Source of the DNA: Sarea resinae
Taxonomy: Eukaryota
Reading direction: 5' to 3'
DNA length: 64,000 nt
Assembly (NCBI GenBank): GCA_026026165.1
Contig: JAPEUD010000005.1
Coordinates: forward strand, 62,001-126,000
The notes beneath the pieces were generated by a model that saw only the letters and a program-made list of their open reading frames with translations, did not search any database and was not told the DNA's origin. A program made the position numbers and the translations under genes. Position 1 is the first letter of the stretch; each line of letters opens with the position of its first letter. Below, in pieces: positions 23,781-37,014 of the stretch.

Positions 23781-24874
23781 CCCTGTCCTTCCATGATAAT
23801 GGACTTGGCCGTGTATTATCTTTTGACGTGATTTTCTCTCCTGACCCTTGGAAGATCAATTAGCCACCAGTCATAGATAGACTCCTCACTGAGTTTCAGA
23901 CTCCAAATGCTCTTTAAGTAGTCCGTTTGTCTAACTATCTTATCTATGTATCTTCGAGACGATGATCAGAAAGAAAAAGACGGGGTTTAGAATTAGAAAA
24001 AAAGAATTCATGAGATGACTTGCAAGTTGGATCTCGACGTTTTCATATAATACCTATCATCTTAAATACATCTTGTACAATGTGCCCGGCACCTGATACG
24101 AACAAACCACAACTGCCGGCAACGAACATCGTATTAGAAAAGACGGCCATTGTTGTATTCGTCGTCGGCAAACCATATGAACCATTTCGATGAGATCGAC
24201 GGAGATTAGGAATAATCACACGAGCGAACGGCCCAGGACCTTTATAGCAGGCGTCATGTCGTCCGTCATTGATAGACGAGGACTCCGCACGCATAGGAGA
24301 TATTTTCTCGGCAAGTTTTTGGCGCGAAGGAAAGCGAGGACGAGAAGAGGCAGGGGAGGGGAAGAAAAAAAGGAGGATAGAGGTAAATGGGGCGGACAGA
24401 ATGCCACACGGAGCTTAGCGATGACACAGCAAACCGGGCGGATACGCCAGAAGTTCTGAGATCGTTGCCTCGAACGGACTTCATGCGGGCCCTTCATGAG
24501 CCGACCGGCTGGGGTATGGTGGTGGTGGATGTTGCCAACCCCTACCTAATCGATGGTGCATAAAAGGCGTGTCGATGTGTCGATGTGTCCTGAAGACCAA
24601 AGTAGCAGCCTCTTTGATACAAGAGAAAGAGAGAGATATAAACGTCTGACAAGAGCTAGGGGTCGACAATCACGATACACGCTGTTGCTCGTGCGCATGG
24701 CTTTGCAGAAAGATAGACGAGCCGAAGCTTCGACGGTAAAGATGGCGTGGTGTACACCACCACCAGAGAAGACGGCGGCGAAAGCAGAGACGACACGATG
24801 ATGCGGCCGAGGAGGACTAGCTCGATGTCGGAAGAGGAGAAAAACCCAGGCAGTCCCTCAATCAGCCGTGAACC

Positions 24875-27763
24875 TCATCCGTCGCCCGCATTCCAAGCGC
24901 CGATCTGCAGCCCACTCTCGGCCAAAACATCGACTCGGACGCGCGCGACCCCGGACGAGGAGCCGGCCAGGCGCTCGAGCACGAGCCACAGCCCGCCATG
25001 CTGCTGCATCTGCGGCACCAGGTCAACGTCGGCCGTGCGCACCCCCATCGGCGTGTCTTCGAACTCACCCGCCGCGCTGACGACCAGCACGCGCTTGTCC
25101 GGGCCTTGGCCTTGTTCCACGCCGACCTTGAGCGCCGTGCGAGTAGTGACATTACTACCAGAAGCCGTTGCGCCATCTCGCACATCATCTGCTACAGAAG
25201 CAGCGGCGTCATGCCATGCCACAATCTTCAGCCGTGTGATGCGCTGCAGCGAGAGAGGCGCCACGAGCCTGTTCCAGCCGGGTTGAAACACGGCGGGCGC
25301 AACGGCCACGTGCAAGCGGCCTGCGTCCTCGGCGGGAATGGGCTTGACGACGCTCGGGCCGGCCGAGCTGACGTGCAGCGAAAAGTTGCCCAGCTGGCCC
25401 GGCTCGAACGTCGAGCACACGATCGTGTACGTGCCGGCGTCGACGCGGGGAATCTCTGCATACGCGCATCCGAGTCGGTAGTCGCCCGATTGGCCGACAA
25501 TGTCCCGGCTTAGGAGCGATGCGACGCGTTTGCCGCCGTTGCTCCAGACCAGCTTGACGTTGACGGCCAGATCGGGCTCCAGGGTCTCGATGAGGATGCC
25601 CAGGTCCGAGGGCGCGGAGAGGTGGATGCTAAATTGCGGGTTGATGACGTGCGAGCTTGAGCCCGCGTTCCCACCCGCTGTGGACGACGTCCACTCGGAT
25701 TGATGCGTGGTGTGGTGGTCATATTTCTTCAGAGGAGGGGCTATGGTGAGCAGGCTCCTGGAAAAGGCAGAGAGGGTGAAGTTGTACGCTGTTTGCTTGA
25801 GCGATTGTTCGGCCACGACAATGGTGTAAGACGCTTGAGGTGGCATGTAAAGGCGCATAAGGGTTTGCGGGGAGTCGACATAGGGCCCCCGCAGAAGAGC
25901 CCCGTCGCTCAACGGCACATGCTGGCCTCCGCGATCGAAAGCGTAAAGACTGATGAAGCCGGGCTTGCTTTTGCTTGTGTCTGACGGATCCTCTCTAGAT
26001 GGCTGGTGCTTGCCATCGCTGGATTTGAAATGTCGGCTCAGCAACAGCCAGACAACACCCCCCTTTTTGTTGGTGATCATATATTGAGGGTTTCGACAGA
26101 AGCAACCCGGTGGAGAGAGGTCGATGGAAAGATCCCATGTGAAATGGATATCTTGCCGGTGGGTGAAGAGGCCAGGATTCCAATTGAGGTAGAGAGAATC
26201 AAAGTGCTGCAGCACGCTGTCGAAATCCATCCAGAAAGTCCCAGGCGCCAGATCCTCCTTTGCCGAAGGTAGAGCATCACGAAGCTCGTCTGTCCACGTC
26301 CGGAGCTTCTCGTTATTTCCAAGTGCGCCTCCAAAGAAAGACGGTCCCTTCCAGACGGTCCCTTCAGACCACGGATTCTTCACCAGAGCGAGCTTGTATT
26401 CTCCGACTTCTTTCATGTCCAGCACGGCGTAATCATGTTCGCCGGCTAAGCCGAGATGCTTCTCTTCACGCTGCGTCATCTTGCCCGTTCCCATCGTCAA
26501 AAGCACGTCCCCAAAGCTAAAAGCATTGAAAACTCGTCTCCAGACCTGACAAGGCGCAGTATCGTCGCTAAGCCATAATCAAATCAGAAGTGAAAAACTC
26601 GAATCTATAAACGGGAATTACCTTCTCAAGAACACTTGTTCTGGGATCCACCCGGTGAGCACCCAAAGATCAGTGCCGGAATTGCTGCCCGGAAAGTCAT
26701 AACCTCCGCGTACTTTCAGATATGCCTTCTCCATGAGTGCTGGCCAAAGCAGGCTTGGATTATTCCGATCAACAACATGTAGAGCTCTGGAAGTCTTGGA
26801 CGTCGGTAGACGATCATCAATGGCGACTTTGCGAAAGCAGCCATTGAAATAGAGCCGGAATATATATTTACCATTGGCAGATACCAACGGCCTAGACTGG
26901 TTCTGGTCATAAGGATAAACTATAGAGGATATGACCTGAAAGTATTGTTAGATGGAGTGCGATATAAATGTACACAAGGTCTACACGGCACCTTCGGATA
27001 CCCTCGTTCCATCCTCGCAACCCCAGCGCAGAGACTTGCAACAAACGAGCAATCGGTGGTTACATCCTGGACAACATCAATGTTGTGGTGAGAAACCATA
27101 GTGGGCCCATCTTTGGCAACCTCAACATTGGCCGGCACACCTCGAGGTGGTAAGGCTTCTCTTGGGCGTCTCCAGCCGTCGAAGATCTCAGTCTGCTTTA
27201 CCGACAACCCAAGTTCAGGAGAATCACTGCTTCAATCAGAAAATGACAACAAAGGAGCGACCAGCAACGTACATGAACTGCGACTCGCCATCGCCTAGCT
27301 GGAACTCGTTGGGTTCAGGGGTACCCTTCCAGGGAGGAAAGATGAAGCCATTGAGCTTCGAACTTTCCCACAAAATCCTCTGCTCCCGCACAGGAATCTC
27401 CCGATCCTCGCCAGGCTGAGCCAGCTTCTGAACAGAAGAGGCATTGTTGCGGTTGGCATCACGTGCGTTCCAATTCTCCGACTCCTTTATTCTTTCCGCC
27501 TGCTCCAGTAGATCCTGGCATTTCCTCTTGAGCTTGGCTTTGTCCTCGGGGGTTTTGGCATGTTTCAAAGCCCGCATATAAAGCTCGACGGCTCCAATGG
27601 CAGAACTAAGAGCATCTTCCTTGGTGGAGGAGCTGAATATCCGGGCTTCCAGTTTCTAGAGATCCATGATCAGAACTAAGATAAACGTCACCGAGGGGCT
27701 AAGAAGACTACGTCGGCTTACCGTAGCCTGGATCTCTAGATCTACCATTGCATTGTTAGCCAT
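24875..27763 (-). CDS. palB: Calpain-like cysteine protease PalB/Rim13 (pH signalling), multi-exon
   Basis: N-terminal MIT-like helices (AVELYMRALK...LLEQAERIK); catalytic QDVTTDCSFVASL; IDDRLP, WPALMEKAYLKVRGGYDFPGSNS, HDYAV, KNPW; C-terminal calpain III domain (TAGGN...NPQF). The start at 27763 is inferred from a short first exon. Confidence 0.95.
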
Positions 27764-28166
27764 GAGAAAATCGACAAAGAAGAGTCCGGAAGGTGATGAA
27801 TGTGTATTGCAGCTACATGCGGTGATCTACTCTTGAGCCCGCGGGCCCTACAATAAAGAAAGAGGGGTATGATGATGATGATGTTGTTTACGTGAGGACT
27901 GTCTATCACCAATACGGTCATAGTGCTCCCTAGTAAACCGTAGTGCTCTGCCTACACCTTTGCGATGCTTCGTCTGCCGTATCTCGACCAGCCGTCGCGC
28001 AGAACATCAGTCCCCGTATTAGGCGAGCAGGCACTTACCGCTTCGGGCTGGGGCACACACAGATGCAAACCCTAGCGAGCAGCCGCCGCCTTCAGTCTTC
28101 AACCTCCGATCGACAAGAATCAACGAGAGCAATCCAGTGACGACCAACGACACAAATACCGTCGCC

Positions 28167-28678
28167 ATGGCCAGTATGTTTCCACTGCGCATCAGGATAG
28201 CATTGCCGTCCAGCCGATCGCCAGCTGACCGTTTTCCCAACTACTAGAATCCAAGAACTCGTCTCAGCACAACCAGAATAAGAAGGCTCACCGGAACGGG
28301 TAGCGCTCCCTCTCCCTCCACGTCTCTCATTCTCCTTTTTACAGAGGAGAAGATCCCGTCTTTAGAATCTGAACCGCGGGTCTTCGATTGCGCAACCAGC
28401 ATCATGTTCGTTTTGGAGAGAAGTGAGACTAACGGTGCCTTTTCTCGCGCGCGTCCGATAGTATCAAGAAGCCCCACACCCACCGTTATCCCTCCCTCAA
28501 GGGTACCGATCCCAAGTTCCGGAGAAACCACAGACATGCGCTGCACGGAACGATGAAGGCACTGGTGCGTCTTTCCCACCCTGCATCCGCGCGACATGTC
28601 GAAATGACTTGTCTATATGCTAACTCATCCTGCAACACACAGAAGGAGGTCAAGGAGGGCAAGAGAGACGCGGCATAG
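28167..28678 (+). CDS. rpl29: 60S ribosomal protein L29 (eL29); exons 28167-28173, 28248-28299, 28462-28564, 28643-28678
   Basis: Spliced product [65 protein letters not shown]. Missed by the ORF track. Confidence 0.96.
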
Positions 28679-28961
28679 ATTCCTTTCGTTTCGTTACGAG
28701 CAACTGTTAGGTCTTCTTCGGAGAGAAACGCTAGGGTCGGACGAAATGGCGGCGTGCTTTTCGAACTTGAGTTGAGGCGGATACGACGACTGGGTTATGT
28801 CCGGATACAGACAGACAGAACACGAGAACGAAAGACAAGTTTCAAACCAAGCCCCCCTCTCTCTCTCCGCCTTCGATCTATCCGATCGTCGATACGTACG
28901 GAATATAACGCTTTTTCTTTTCCCTGTTTTCCAATTTTCCCTTGGACGCCATGGCATGGCT

Positions 28962-28963
<2 letters not shown>

Positions 28964-29006
<43 letters not shown>
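28964..29006. repeat. (CT)n microsatellite
   Basis: About 21 CT units. Confidence 0.9.
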
Positions 29007-29008
<2 letters not shown>

Positions 29009-29546
29009 TTTCCCACCGTGACGCTTCTTCCCTTCCCCCCAAACGGCATACGTGTGTACAGCACCGCGCGCTCCCTATGCGCGGTCGCTGAAGGATAAAT
29101 CAAATCTTCGTGCCAAGAACAACCCACCCCCTCATTACCAAACACCCTTCCTCTTTTACTGCTCCATGGGGCGAGGGTGCATGGAGAGGGGGTTATATAT
29201 ACACCTCTACAGGTCCCATTATACAGCTAGAGCCATAGCTTCTATAATATCAAGACTTTGATCGTTGTGACCTGTCTGTTTGTCTACTTCTACTTATTGT
29301 GTCGTGATGGTGGAAGCATATTTGGTGTTGGGATGAAATCCATCCATGTGCTTGAAAAGGAGGAGAAGAGAAGGGAAGAAAAAGAAGAAGATGATGAATC
29401 ACACGTCTTGAGAACGTGGACTACTTCTCATTTGGGTAAATGATCAAGCATGTAGAAATAAGGTGCGATGATATCCCGTCCATGCTCGTTCCTAGGCAAC
29501 CCACACCCGTGGGGAAGAGAAACTCCACAGAGCAGAAATCCCACTA

Positions 29547-31253
29547 TCATGACCCCCCGGCCCTGCCCGCCCGCCACACCACCAACCTCTTATCAAACCC
29601 GCCGCTGAGAAGCCACTCCTCGTGCTCACCAGCGCGCGCCTCCACCCTGCCAGCCCACAGACACCTAATCTTGGCGCCCGTCTCATGGCCATCATGCACC
29701 AACGCCGATGCCGCCGACGCGGACGAAGACCCAGAGAGTCCGCACACGACTTTTCCCGAGCGCGCCTCGACGCCGCGCACGACGCCGTCATCGCTATTGA
29801 CCCAGACGCCCGAGCCGTCGGGCCGCCAGACCACGAGCGGAGTCGAGTACGCCGTCTGCGTCGCTAGCGTGCTGGTGTGTGAGAGGATTGCGGCGGCCTC
29901 GGCATCTTGGGTGGCGAGTTCGGACCGCGCTTGGGCGGCCTGGTTCGGGTGGGGACTCGGTTGCGTGAGGGAGTCTTGGGTTTGTTGATGTGGTTGTTGT
30001 GGGGTTGAAGGTGGCGTTGGCATTGGCAGTAGGAGGCGCGCGAGGATCAGTTTCATGTATGGGACTGTTGAGGTGGCGATGGCGATGAGGGTCGGGTCGG
30101 TTGGCGAGATGGCGATGCTGGATGGTGAGAAGGATATCCAGGCATTCGAGTGCGGGGCGAGGTTTTGTTTGCCTAGGAGTTGCGCGGAGGGGTTGGAGGG
30201 CGTCGAGGAGGGGGGGGAGGGGATGGAGTAGAAATATAGGAACGTCGAGTCGCGGCGCGTAAGGATTAGGATAGGGGTTGTGGAGTTGGGGTGGTGTGCG
30301 AACAGTATAGCTTCTGGGTTGGTGGGTAGGGCGATGGATGCCACGGGTTCGTTGAATTTGATATCTCGAGCCTGGTCTTCGCTCCCTTCTCCCTCTGCTT
30401 CTTCTTCTTCTTCTGGCCTTTCGTAACCTAGGCCTGGAAGCCCGTGAAGTCGGTAGATCAGGACCTTGGCGTCCCACCCCGCCGTGGCAACTAGGACGTC
30501 TCCCTTATCCTCATCCTCCCACACGGCAACTTTGATCACGTATTTCGCATGATCGCGGCGCTCGTCCAGGGTCTTCTTCGTAACAAAGTCGTACAGGAGG
30601 ACCTGCCCCGACATGCTCGTCGTGATGAGCCATCGCTGTGATACGACGGCGCAGGACAAGATGGGCGAGTCGTGCAATTGCGCGTGGCTGGCTACGAGGG
30701 CGTAGCTAGTCGGGTCGGTGGAGATGACATGGAGACGTCGGTCTGCGGTCGTGGCGAGAAGGTGCTGCGCCGGGGCACCATCCGAGCGGGTTTTGATGCG
30801 CTCGATCGAGACGGAGAGGAGGTTGGATGCCGAGGGCAGCGTCGTCAGGGTCGTGGGCTCCGAGGGGGCTGCGGTAGCGAAAAAGACCGCCTCAGTAATT
30901 CATTCAGATGATAGACACGGGGCAATCCATCTTACCAGGAGAGAGCCATGGCGGATCCTCGCCGATGCCGATCTTCTCGAAGCGCACGGAGAGGTCGAAG
31001 ATCTTCTTCTCCTGCAACACGTTCTCGATGGTCAGGTCACCGGCATCGACCGTGCTGGCATCGGACGGGAGTCCGGCCTCTCGCAGGAAAAGGTCGAGAG
31101 TCTGCCGTCGCCATGGCCGCCGGGCTGCTGGTCAGTCAGCTGCTTTGAGATGTGGGTAATAGGACGGGAATGCGGGGACACGCTTACCTCGTCATAGTTG
31201 TTCGACTTGAGGAATCGGGCTACTAGCACCGCGGGCGAGTCGGTCGCCGGCAT
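29547..31253 (-). CDS. LisH-motif WD40-repeat protein, multi-exon
   Basis: N-terminal DSPAVLVARFLKSNNYDE|TLSTFLREAGLP (LisH-like) and WD-type segments (HDSPILS, VATAGWDAKV, LLSGGFDKRLVVW). Confidence 0.85.
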
Positions 31254-31542
31254 CTGTATGGTCGATTGGCCTCGTAAACATGGACATTGAAGATCAAGGA
31301 GGGCGGGGCGTTGCAAGAGAAACGAGTAGACGGTGGAAGGATGAAGAATGAAGGATGATGGTGATGCACAACATCATCGATGGTCCTTATCGATAAGACT
31401 GGCGAGCTCCAGCTCCGAGTGCCCCTACGCTACTCCACTCGTCGACCGGTCAAGACCACGTTGTCTCGTTGTCGACCGTCCATTCCATCCACCATAAACA
31501 CGCACGTCGCAGGCAGCGCTCGCAGATCTCGTCGTCGTCGGC

Positions 31543-32561
31543 ATGAGCACCCAGCAAACCTACTCGCAAAACCGCAGCCAGCGCAAAGCAGGCGACCGAT
31601 CCTCTTCGGCATCAGCGTCGTTCCAATCCCAGGGCGGGCGTCCATCGGGCGCGGCGCCGAACATGGCGGCGACGTCTGGGAACGCGTGGGGCGTGGGAGA
31701 GAAGGGCGGGCGGGGCTCGGCTTCGTCGTCTTCGTCGACGGCACAGACGGGAGGGGTGCTGGAAGATGAACATGTGGCTGTCAGGGGCTTCAATGCTCGT
31801 GCCGTCAGGGAGGCGCTGAAGAGAGGTATGTATATGGGCTGAGTTGGTGTGTCTGTCTGGCCGTCTTCTTCTTCTGGCTACGCTTGGTGTCTATTTCGCT
31901 TGACGAGCTCTTTTCCCTTTTCCTTCTTCGCCATTCATACCATCTTTTGCCTGGCAACCTAGCTATGAAGAGACTGGGGAAGAATTATCTTCACCTCATG
32001 CATTTCCCACTCCACCCCCTATTATCATCACCTTTGCCCTTTCCACCCCCCTTCACGCACACCCATGCGCCTTGACCCATGTCTCCACACCTCTAATTCC
32101 TCACGACTCGCAATAGCCAGCTCACTAAATATAAGTCACAACCCACAACATCGAACCCACTGACAAGATACACCCCAGATACCCCAAGCGAAACCTACAA
32201 ACCCTCGCCTTCCACCACCAACGACACAAACACCTCCAAGTCCAACAGCGGGAGTAGTACTGGAGGCGGGCCATGGGCAACGCGACGTACGAGTTCCCCC
32301 ATTGCTTCATTTCATACCATACTTTCTCACGCGATCCATCACTCCTCACCCCCCTCCTCTTCCCAAAAAGACAAAAAAAAAGAACCCGAGATTCACAACG
32401 AAGCCAAACCAAAGAACACCTACCGCACATGCGCTGACGGCCTACTAGCGCACATAATGCCCAACGGCCAAGACTTCCTGCTCCAGCTGCGCAAACAACT
32501 CACCGCTCTCCCCGTCCCGTCCTCCTCTTCTTCCTCCTCAGCTAATGTTGCCGGTAGTTGA
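31543..32561 (+). CDS. Conserved small fungal hypothetical protein (3 exons)
   Basis: Exon 1 ends EHVAVRGFNARAVREALKR before GTATGT. Middle exon (~32117-32286) reads ...YKPS...GGGPWATR before GTACGA. Last exon reads HIMPNGQDFLLQLRKQL...AGS* ending at 32561. Confidence 0.7.
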
Positions 32562-32570
32562 GGACGGTTC

Positions 32571-32668
32571 AGTGAGTGAGTGAGTGAGTGAGTGAGTGAG
32601 TGAGTGAGTGAGTGAGTGAGTGAGTGAGTGAGTGAGTGAGTGAGTGAGTGAGTGAGTGAGTGAGTGAG
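32571..32668. repeat. (AGTG)n tetranucleotide microsatellite, ~24 units
   Basis: Perfect array directly after the stop codon at 32561. Confidence 0.95.
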
Positions 32669-33710
32669 CAGACGGGCGCGCAACTAAAAATAAACAAACA
32701 AATAAACAAACCCTCAGAAAACCCCCAGGACGCAAAACACAGCTCTCAGAAAGAGAGTCGAACAACCGCACTCACACTGCAGCAAAACAGCACGAAAGCA
32801 GCACGAAAGCAGCACAAACCCATACCAAAGAAAGAGAGAGAGAGATTGCTGAATATCACGGACCCGGATGGATGGATGGATGGGCGGGAGAACGGCAGAT
32901 CATATGGATGGATCAGCCCGCGCGTGTGTGTGTGTACATAGAAACATGGATGCGTTTGCATACTTGCATACTTGCATACTTGCATACTTGTATTGCTGGC
33001 TCTGGATATCTATCCATTCACCTTCACTTTCACTTTCACCTTCACTTTCACTTTCACTTTCACTTATACACATTCCTCCTTTGAGAACCCCTATCTCCAT
33101 TGACATCCCCATCGGCATCGACAAATATCCTCGATCGTACGCTTTCCAGTCCAAGCTGTGCTATTTATGATACCTACATACCTACCTCCCTACCCTCTCT
33201 CTACTCGTCTACACACCTACCTACTCTCTCCCACACACACACACACACACACATACATACATACATACACAACCGTTCCTCATCACCGTCCCCGTCCCCG
33301 TCCCCGTCACCGTCACCGTCACCGTCCCAGGCCCTCGATATCGTTCCATCGAACAAAGGAAAAAGCATCGACTACTACTTTCTCCCTCCCTCCCTCCCTC
33401 CCTCCCTCCACTGTTTCCTCATTTCCCTCACCTATTTCCCTGCCACTAGTTGACACGCGTACCGCTTACGTCTTTACTTACTTCTAGCCCCTATGTGCAC
33501 CGACATCGAGATGCTTGCATGACATGATTATCATAGACAGTTGGACGAGTATGATGGGATGGATGGATGGATGGATGGATGGAAGGAAGGATTACTTTCG
33601 ATAGCTGATTATTTGAGAGATAGTTAGAGAGAGAGAGAGAGACTCGAACACTTGATCTGCTTTCCTGTCCTTCTCTTCTCCTTTTCCCTTCCCCCCTCCT
33701 CCCGCCCACC

Positions 33711-34670
33711 CTACCACACGCCCAAAACACCCCTCTGGACACCACCAACACCAACACTCCCACCAACCGCAGCCATCCCGCCCTTGCCCCCCACCAACGA
33801 CGACTTCCCCGCGACCTCGGGCCCGCCCACCCAACTAACGCCCACACGAGCCAACATGCCGCGGATCTCCGGATGGCGCTCACAGGCCACGAAGACGGAA
33901 GCCCAGAGATGCTTGCGGGACACGGCGTCGCAGTGGCAGTTGCAAGCGGCGCCTGCCGCACACGCGGCGGCCACGAGACCGGCACATCCGGCACGACTGG
34001 CACGACCGCCGCGACCGCGACCGCGACCGCCGCCAGCGTGATAGTACCCCCGCAGGGCCCCCGCTAGCGTAGGACGTCGCAAGAGGGCTTTCAGGCCGCG
34101 CTGGATGGGTCGCGGGAAGCGGGCGAGCAGGAAGGCGAGATCGATGCCGTCGGTCGCTTTGGACCGGGACGAGGCGGCTGCGAGTTTGCCCAGGAAGAGC
34201 GGCAGTGGGTGCAGGAGGGGGAGCGTCGCGCTGGTGGTGTAGTGCGTGTAGGGGTAGATGGGGGGGAAGCCGTCTGTTGCTGTTGCTGTTGGTGGCGAGG
34301 CTGCTGCCATCCAGGACGCCGTTGACGACGAGATCGAAGACGTAGACGTCGATGTCGATGTCGGCGTCGGAGTAGACGAAGCCGACGTGGGGAAAAACTC
34401 CACCAGCACCGTCAGCCCCTCGATACCCTTCCATAGAAACGCCACATAATCCTCCCTCGTCTGTGGCACGTACAGCCAGTCCTGTCGACCGGCGAAAAAG
34501 GCCACGAGTGACGCTTTCGGCAGCGCGACCAGGATGTCTAGATCTTTGGTACTGCGCGCGCAGCCCAAGAGCGTGGTGGCGAACCCGCCAATGTAGGCGT
34601 GGGGAATGTGGTGGCGGTGGAGGAGAGATGTGGTTTGTAGGGCGCAGGTGAGGAGGTGTGTGTGTTGCAT
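33711..34670 (-). CDS. Nucleotidyltransferase-fold protein (AbiEii/DNA pol-beta-like superfamily)
   Basis: ATG at 34670; HAYIGGFATTLLGCARSTKDLDILV matches the GG.A...G..R.T.DxD NTase signature; later GKLAAASSRSKATDGIDL resembles the K...R...D..D motif. Confidence 0.72.
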   Translation of the reverse strand: MQHTHLLTCALQTTSLLHRHHIPHAYIGGFATTLLGCARSTKDLDILVALPKASLVAFFAGRQDWLYVPQTREDYVAFLWKGIEGLTVLVEFFPTSASSTPTPTSTSTSTSSISSSTASWMAAASPPTATATDGFPPIYPYTHYTTSATLPLLHPLPLFLGKLAAASSRSKATDGIDLAFLLARFPRPIQRGLKALLRRPTLAGALRGYYHAGGGRGRGRGGRASRAGCAGLVAAACAAGAACNCHCDAVSRKHLWASVFVACERHPEIRGMLARVGVSWVGGPEVAGKSSLVGGKGGMAAVGGSVGVGGVQRGVLGVW

Positions 34671-37014
34671 GGTTCTGGTTGGTTGATTGCAGTGATTTGG
34701 TGGCTTTGGAAGAAGCGCGTATCCAGGCTGAAACAAATAAAACGTGGCAGACGGAATGAACGTAGGATCCGATCTTGGATTAAGTTGCTTTTGTATTTTC
34801 GTTGAGACGGAACAATAACGCCGTCGCTATGCTATGCTGAAGGAGATGATTACTGGGAGGAAGCCGTGATGAACGAAGGTATTCGAGCGTCGAGCTCGGT
34901 ATGGATTTTAATAAGTTGATGTGGTCGAAGTCGAGTCAAGGTTTGGAGAATTGACTTTGGAGAATTGACTATCAGAGCCTGGCTGCGCAGCAGTCGGTGG
35001 AGATGAAGCAGACAGAGACACGAAGCGGCAAACGAGAGAATGGATCGACGTTGGACGGACGCTTTGCGTATGCGCAAGGAGAGAAGAAAGATCGGAAAGA
35101 CAATAGCGAGAGAGACGGTCGTTAAAAGGAAAAGACCGAGACAGAGCGAGAGAGAGAGAGAGAAAAAATTAATTAGATTCGTGTGTTGGATGTTGATATG
35201 GCTCATCTATCTCCCACCGGCGAGGCACGAACCAGCACTATATATGAGGACGGGACACAAATGAAATGTCGATTACAAAGTCATATCCAGGCATCGGAAC
35301 CAACGACGGTATATGACAACAAAGCGTAACGAGACGGAAACATTCGAGGAGGGGTTCGCGGCCTGGAAAAGGGCCAATGGCTGGCGTGGCCACCTGGTCA
35401 TTTCCCTTTTCCTGGCGGTTGCGCAGATTGAAGCTGCGGCGCGGGACGAGTTAGCGAGCGAATTGCTGTCGACAGAAGCTGAAACGGGCGATATGAGGTG
35501 GCCCTCTCGACGACCTATGAGGTCTTACCAAGTACCTTGGCTGTGTCCCCGTACGGCGTATACCTTGGTTGACCTTGCTTGACGGCAGCCCGTAGTCCGT
35601 CGAGTGGCCCGTCCGAATGCTTCGTATTCCCGAGACACACTGCAGCGGCCTGTGCATGGATGGATATTACACTGGACGAATGCAGGAATGCAGGTACGAG
35701 AGTGTCGAAACGGTCGAGTCGTCGGGATGAGGACGAGGCTTCGTCTTCGTCATGCATGTGGCCGCGTTACAAGAGGCCCAAAGGGGCCAAGGGGCCCCCA
35801 AACGAGGACTCGAGACGAGATGGCTCATTTCGCGCTTTCCCTGTTCCTAACCGTGTCCCCGTTCCCGTCTCCGAATGCAGTAATCGACCAGGCTGGTGCG
35901 TGCGTGCCTGTCAAACCAATGCTATTTCGGGAGTGCAGTGCAGTGAAGATCATGTCGCCTCCAGGAGGAGCATCCTCGGCGTCATTACTCTACCTGAGAC
36001 GGGAAGAGTATTCGACGTTTGCGTACGATGTCGTACTCGATGCGACTCGTGCCGCTTGCCATGTAAACAATGTAAACAATGTAAACAATGGCAGACGAGG
36101 TCAGAGACGCCCCGGCCTGCTGACCTACGAGAGAGCCTGCCGGCAACCAGACAAGAAAGATCCAAAGAGTCCACCAGCGTCTACTACGACGACGACGCCA
36201 CACCTTGCCAACCGGCGGCCATCACCTCACGGATGGCTGGCTCGCCAATCCGGGCCGGGCAGCGCCATCTCCAGCGTCCCGAATTAGCAGGGCACGCCCA
36301 TCTCGAAGTCGTGGCTGGGAGACGACACTCTCGATGCGTCCCTCCACCGCCCTATTTCGGGAACAGCGGCGCCTTGAAGATTCCCCAATCGGTAGCCGGA
36401 TATACGTAGTATCTACGTCGAGGTCGATGCCAGTAGCCGCGGGCCTTCTAACCGCCTACCCTATTTTAGCCCCGAAACTGCCGCTCATGTCGCTTTCCAC
36501 CCCACGCCGCAACCCACGGCCTCGGCAATCCCTGATCGGGGCCCGTTTCGTGCCCCGAGTCGGCGCGTCTGGTGGTCAGAGGTGGGAAGCGTTTCAAGTG
36601 AACACGATGCCGGCCTTCTGTCGCCGGGCTTTTGGGACGGCCATGAAGAAGACCAGCTTGGTTTCATCCGTTTCTTTCTTGGACCGCGCTTCTCCTTGTG
36701 GCGGCAAGACACTCCCAACATCGGCATCGTTTCAATGGGAGCCTCGGAGGATGAGTATCTATAAGTAAAGCGGTCCAAACGATGGCCATGACCCGTAGAG
36801 TAAATCCAGCCTTTTCCTTACAAACCAAGTCGTCTTTGGCATTTTGGCATTTTGGCATTTCATCAAGTCTCGTCACCGTATGCATCTATTGTGTATCTCG
36901 TCCCTCAGTTGAAAGACAGCCTGTACTTTCATGCGCCTCTCCGACAAACGACCTTCTAATTTCCTTTGCATCTTTCCTTCGGCGCTGGTTTCGCCCCCCT
37001 TACAACTTCACATC

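Noticed and set aside
24875..27763. palB as the protease of the peptide cluster
   Set aside because: PalB is a conserved pH-signalling protease. It converges on the ABC gene and shares a divergent promoter with rpl29, so adjacency is probably coincidental.
35579..36768. Long overlapping ORFs of 187-276 aa
   Set aside because: GC-rich promoter DNA open in several frames. CKQCKQCKQ is just the 9-bp DNA repeat.
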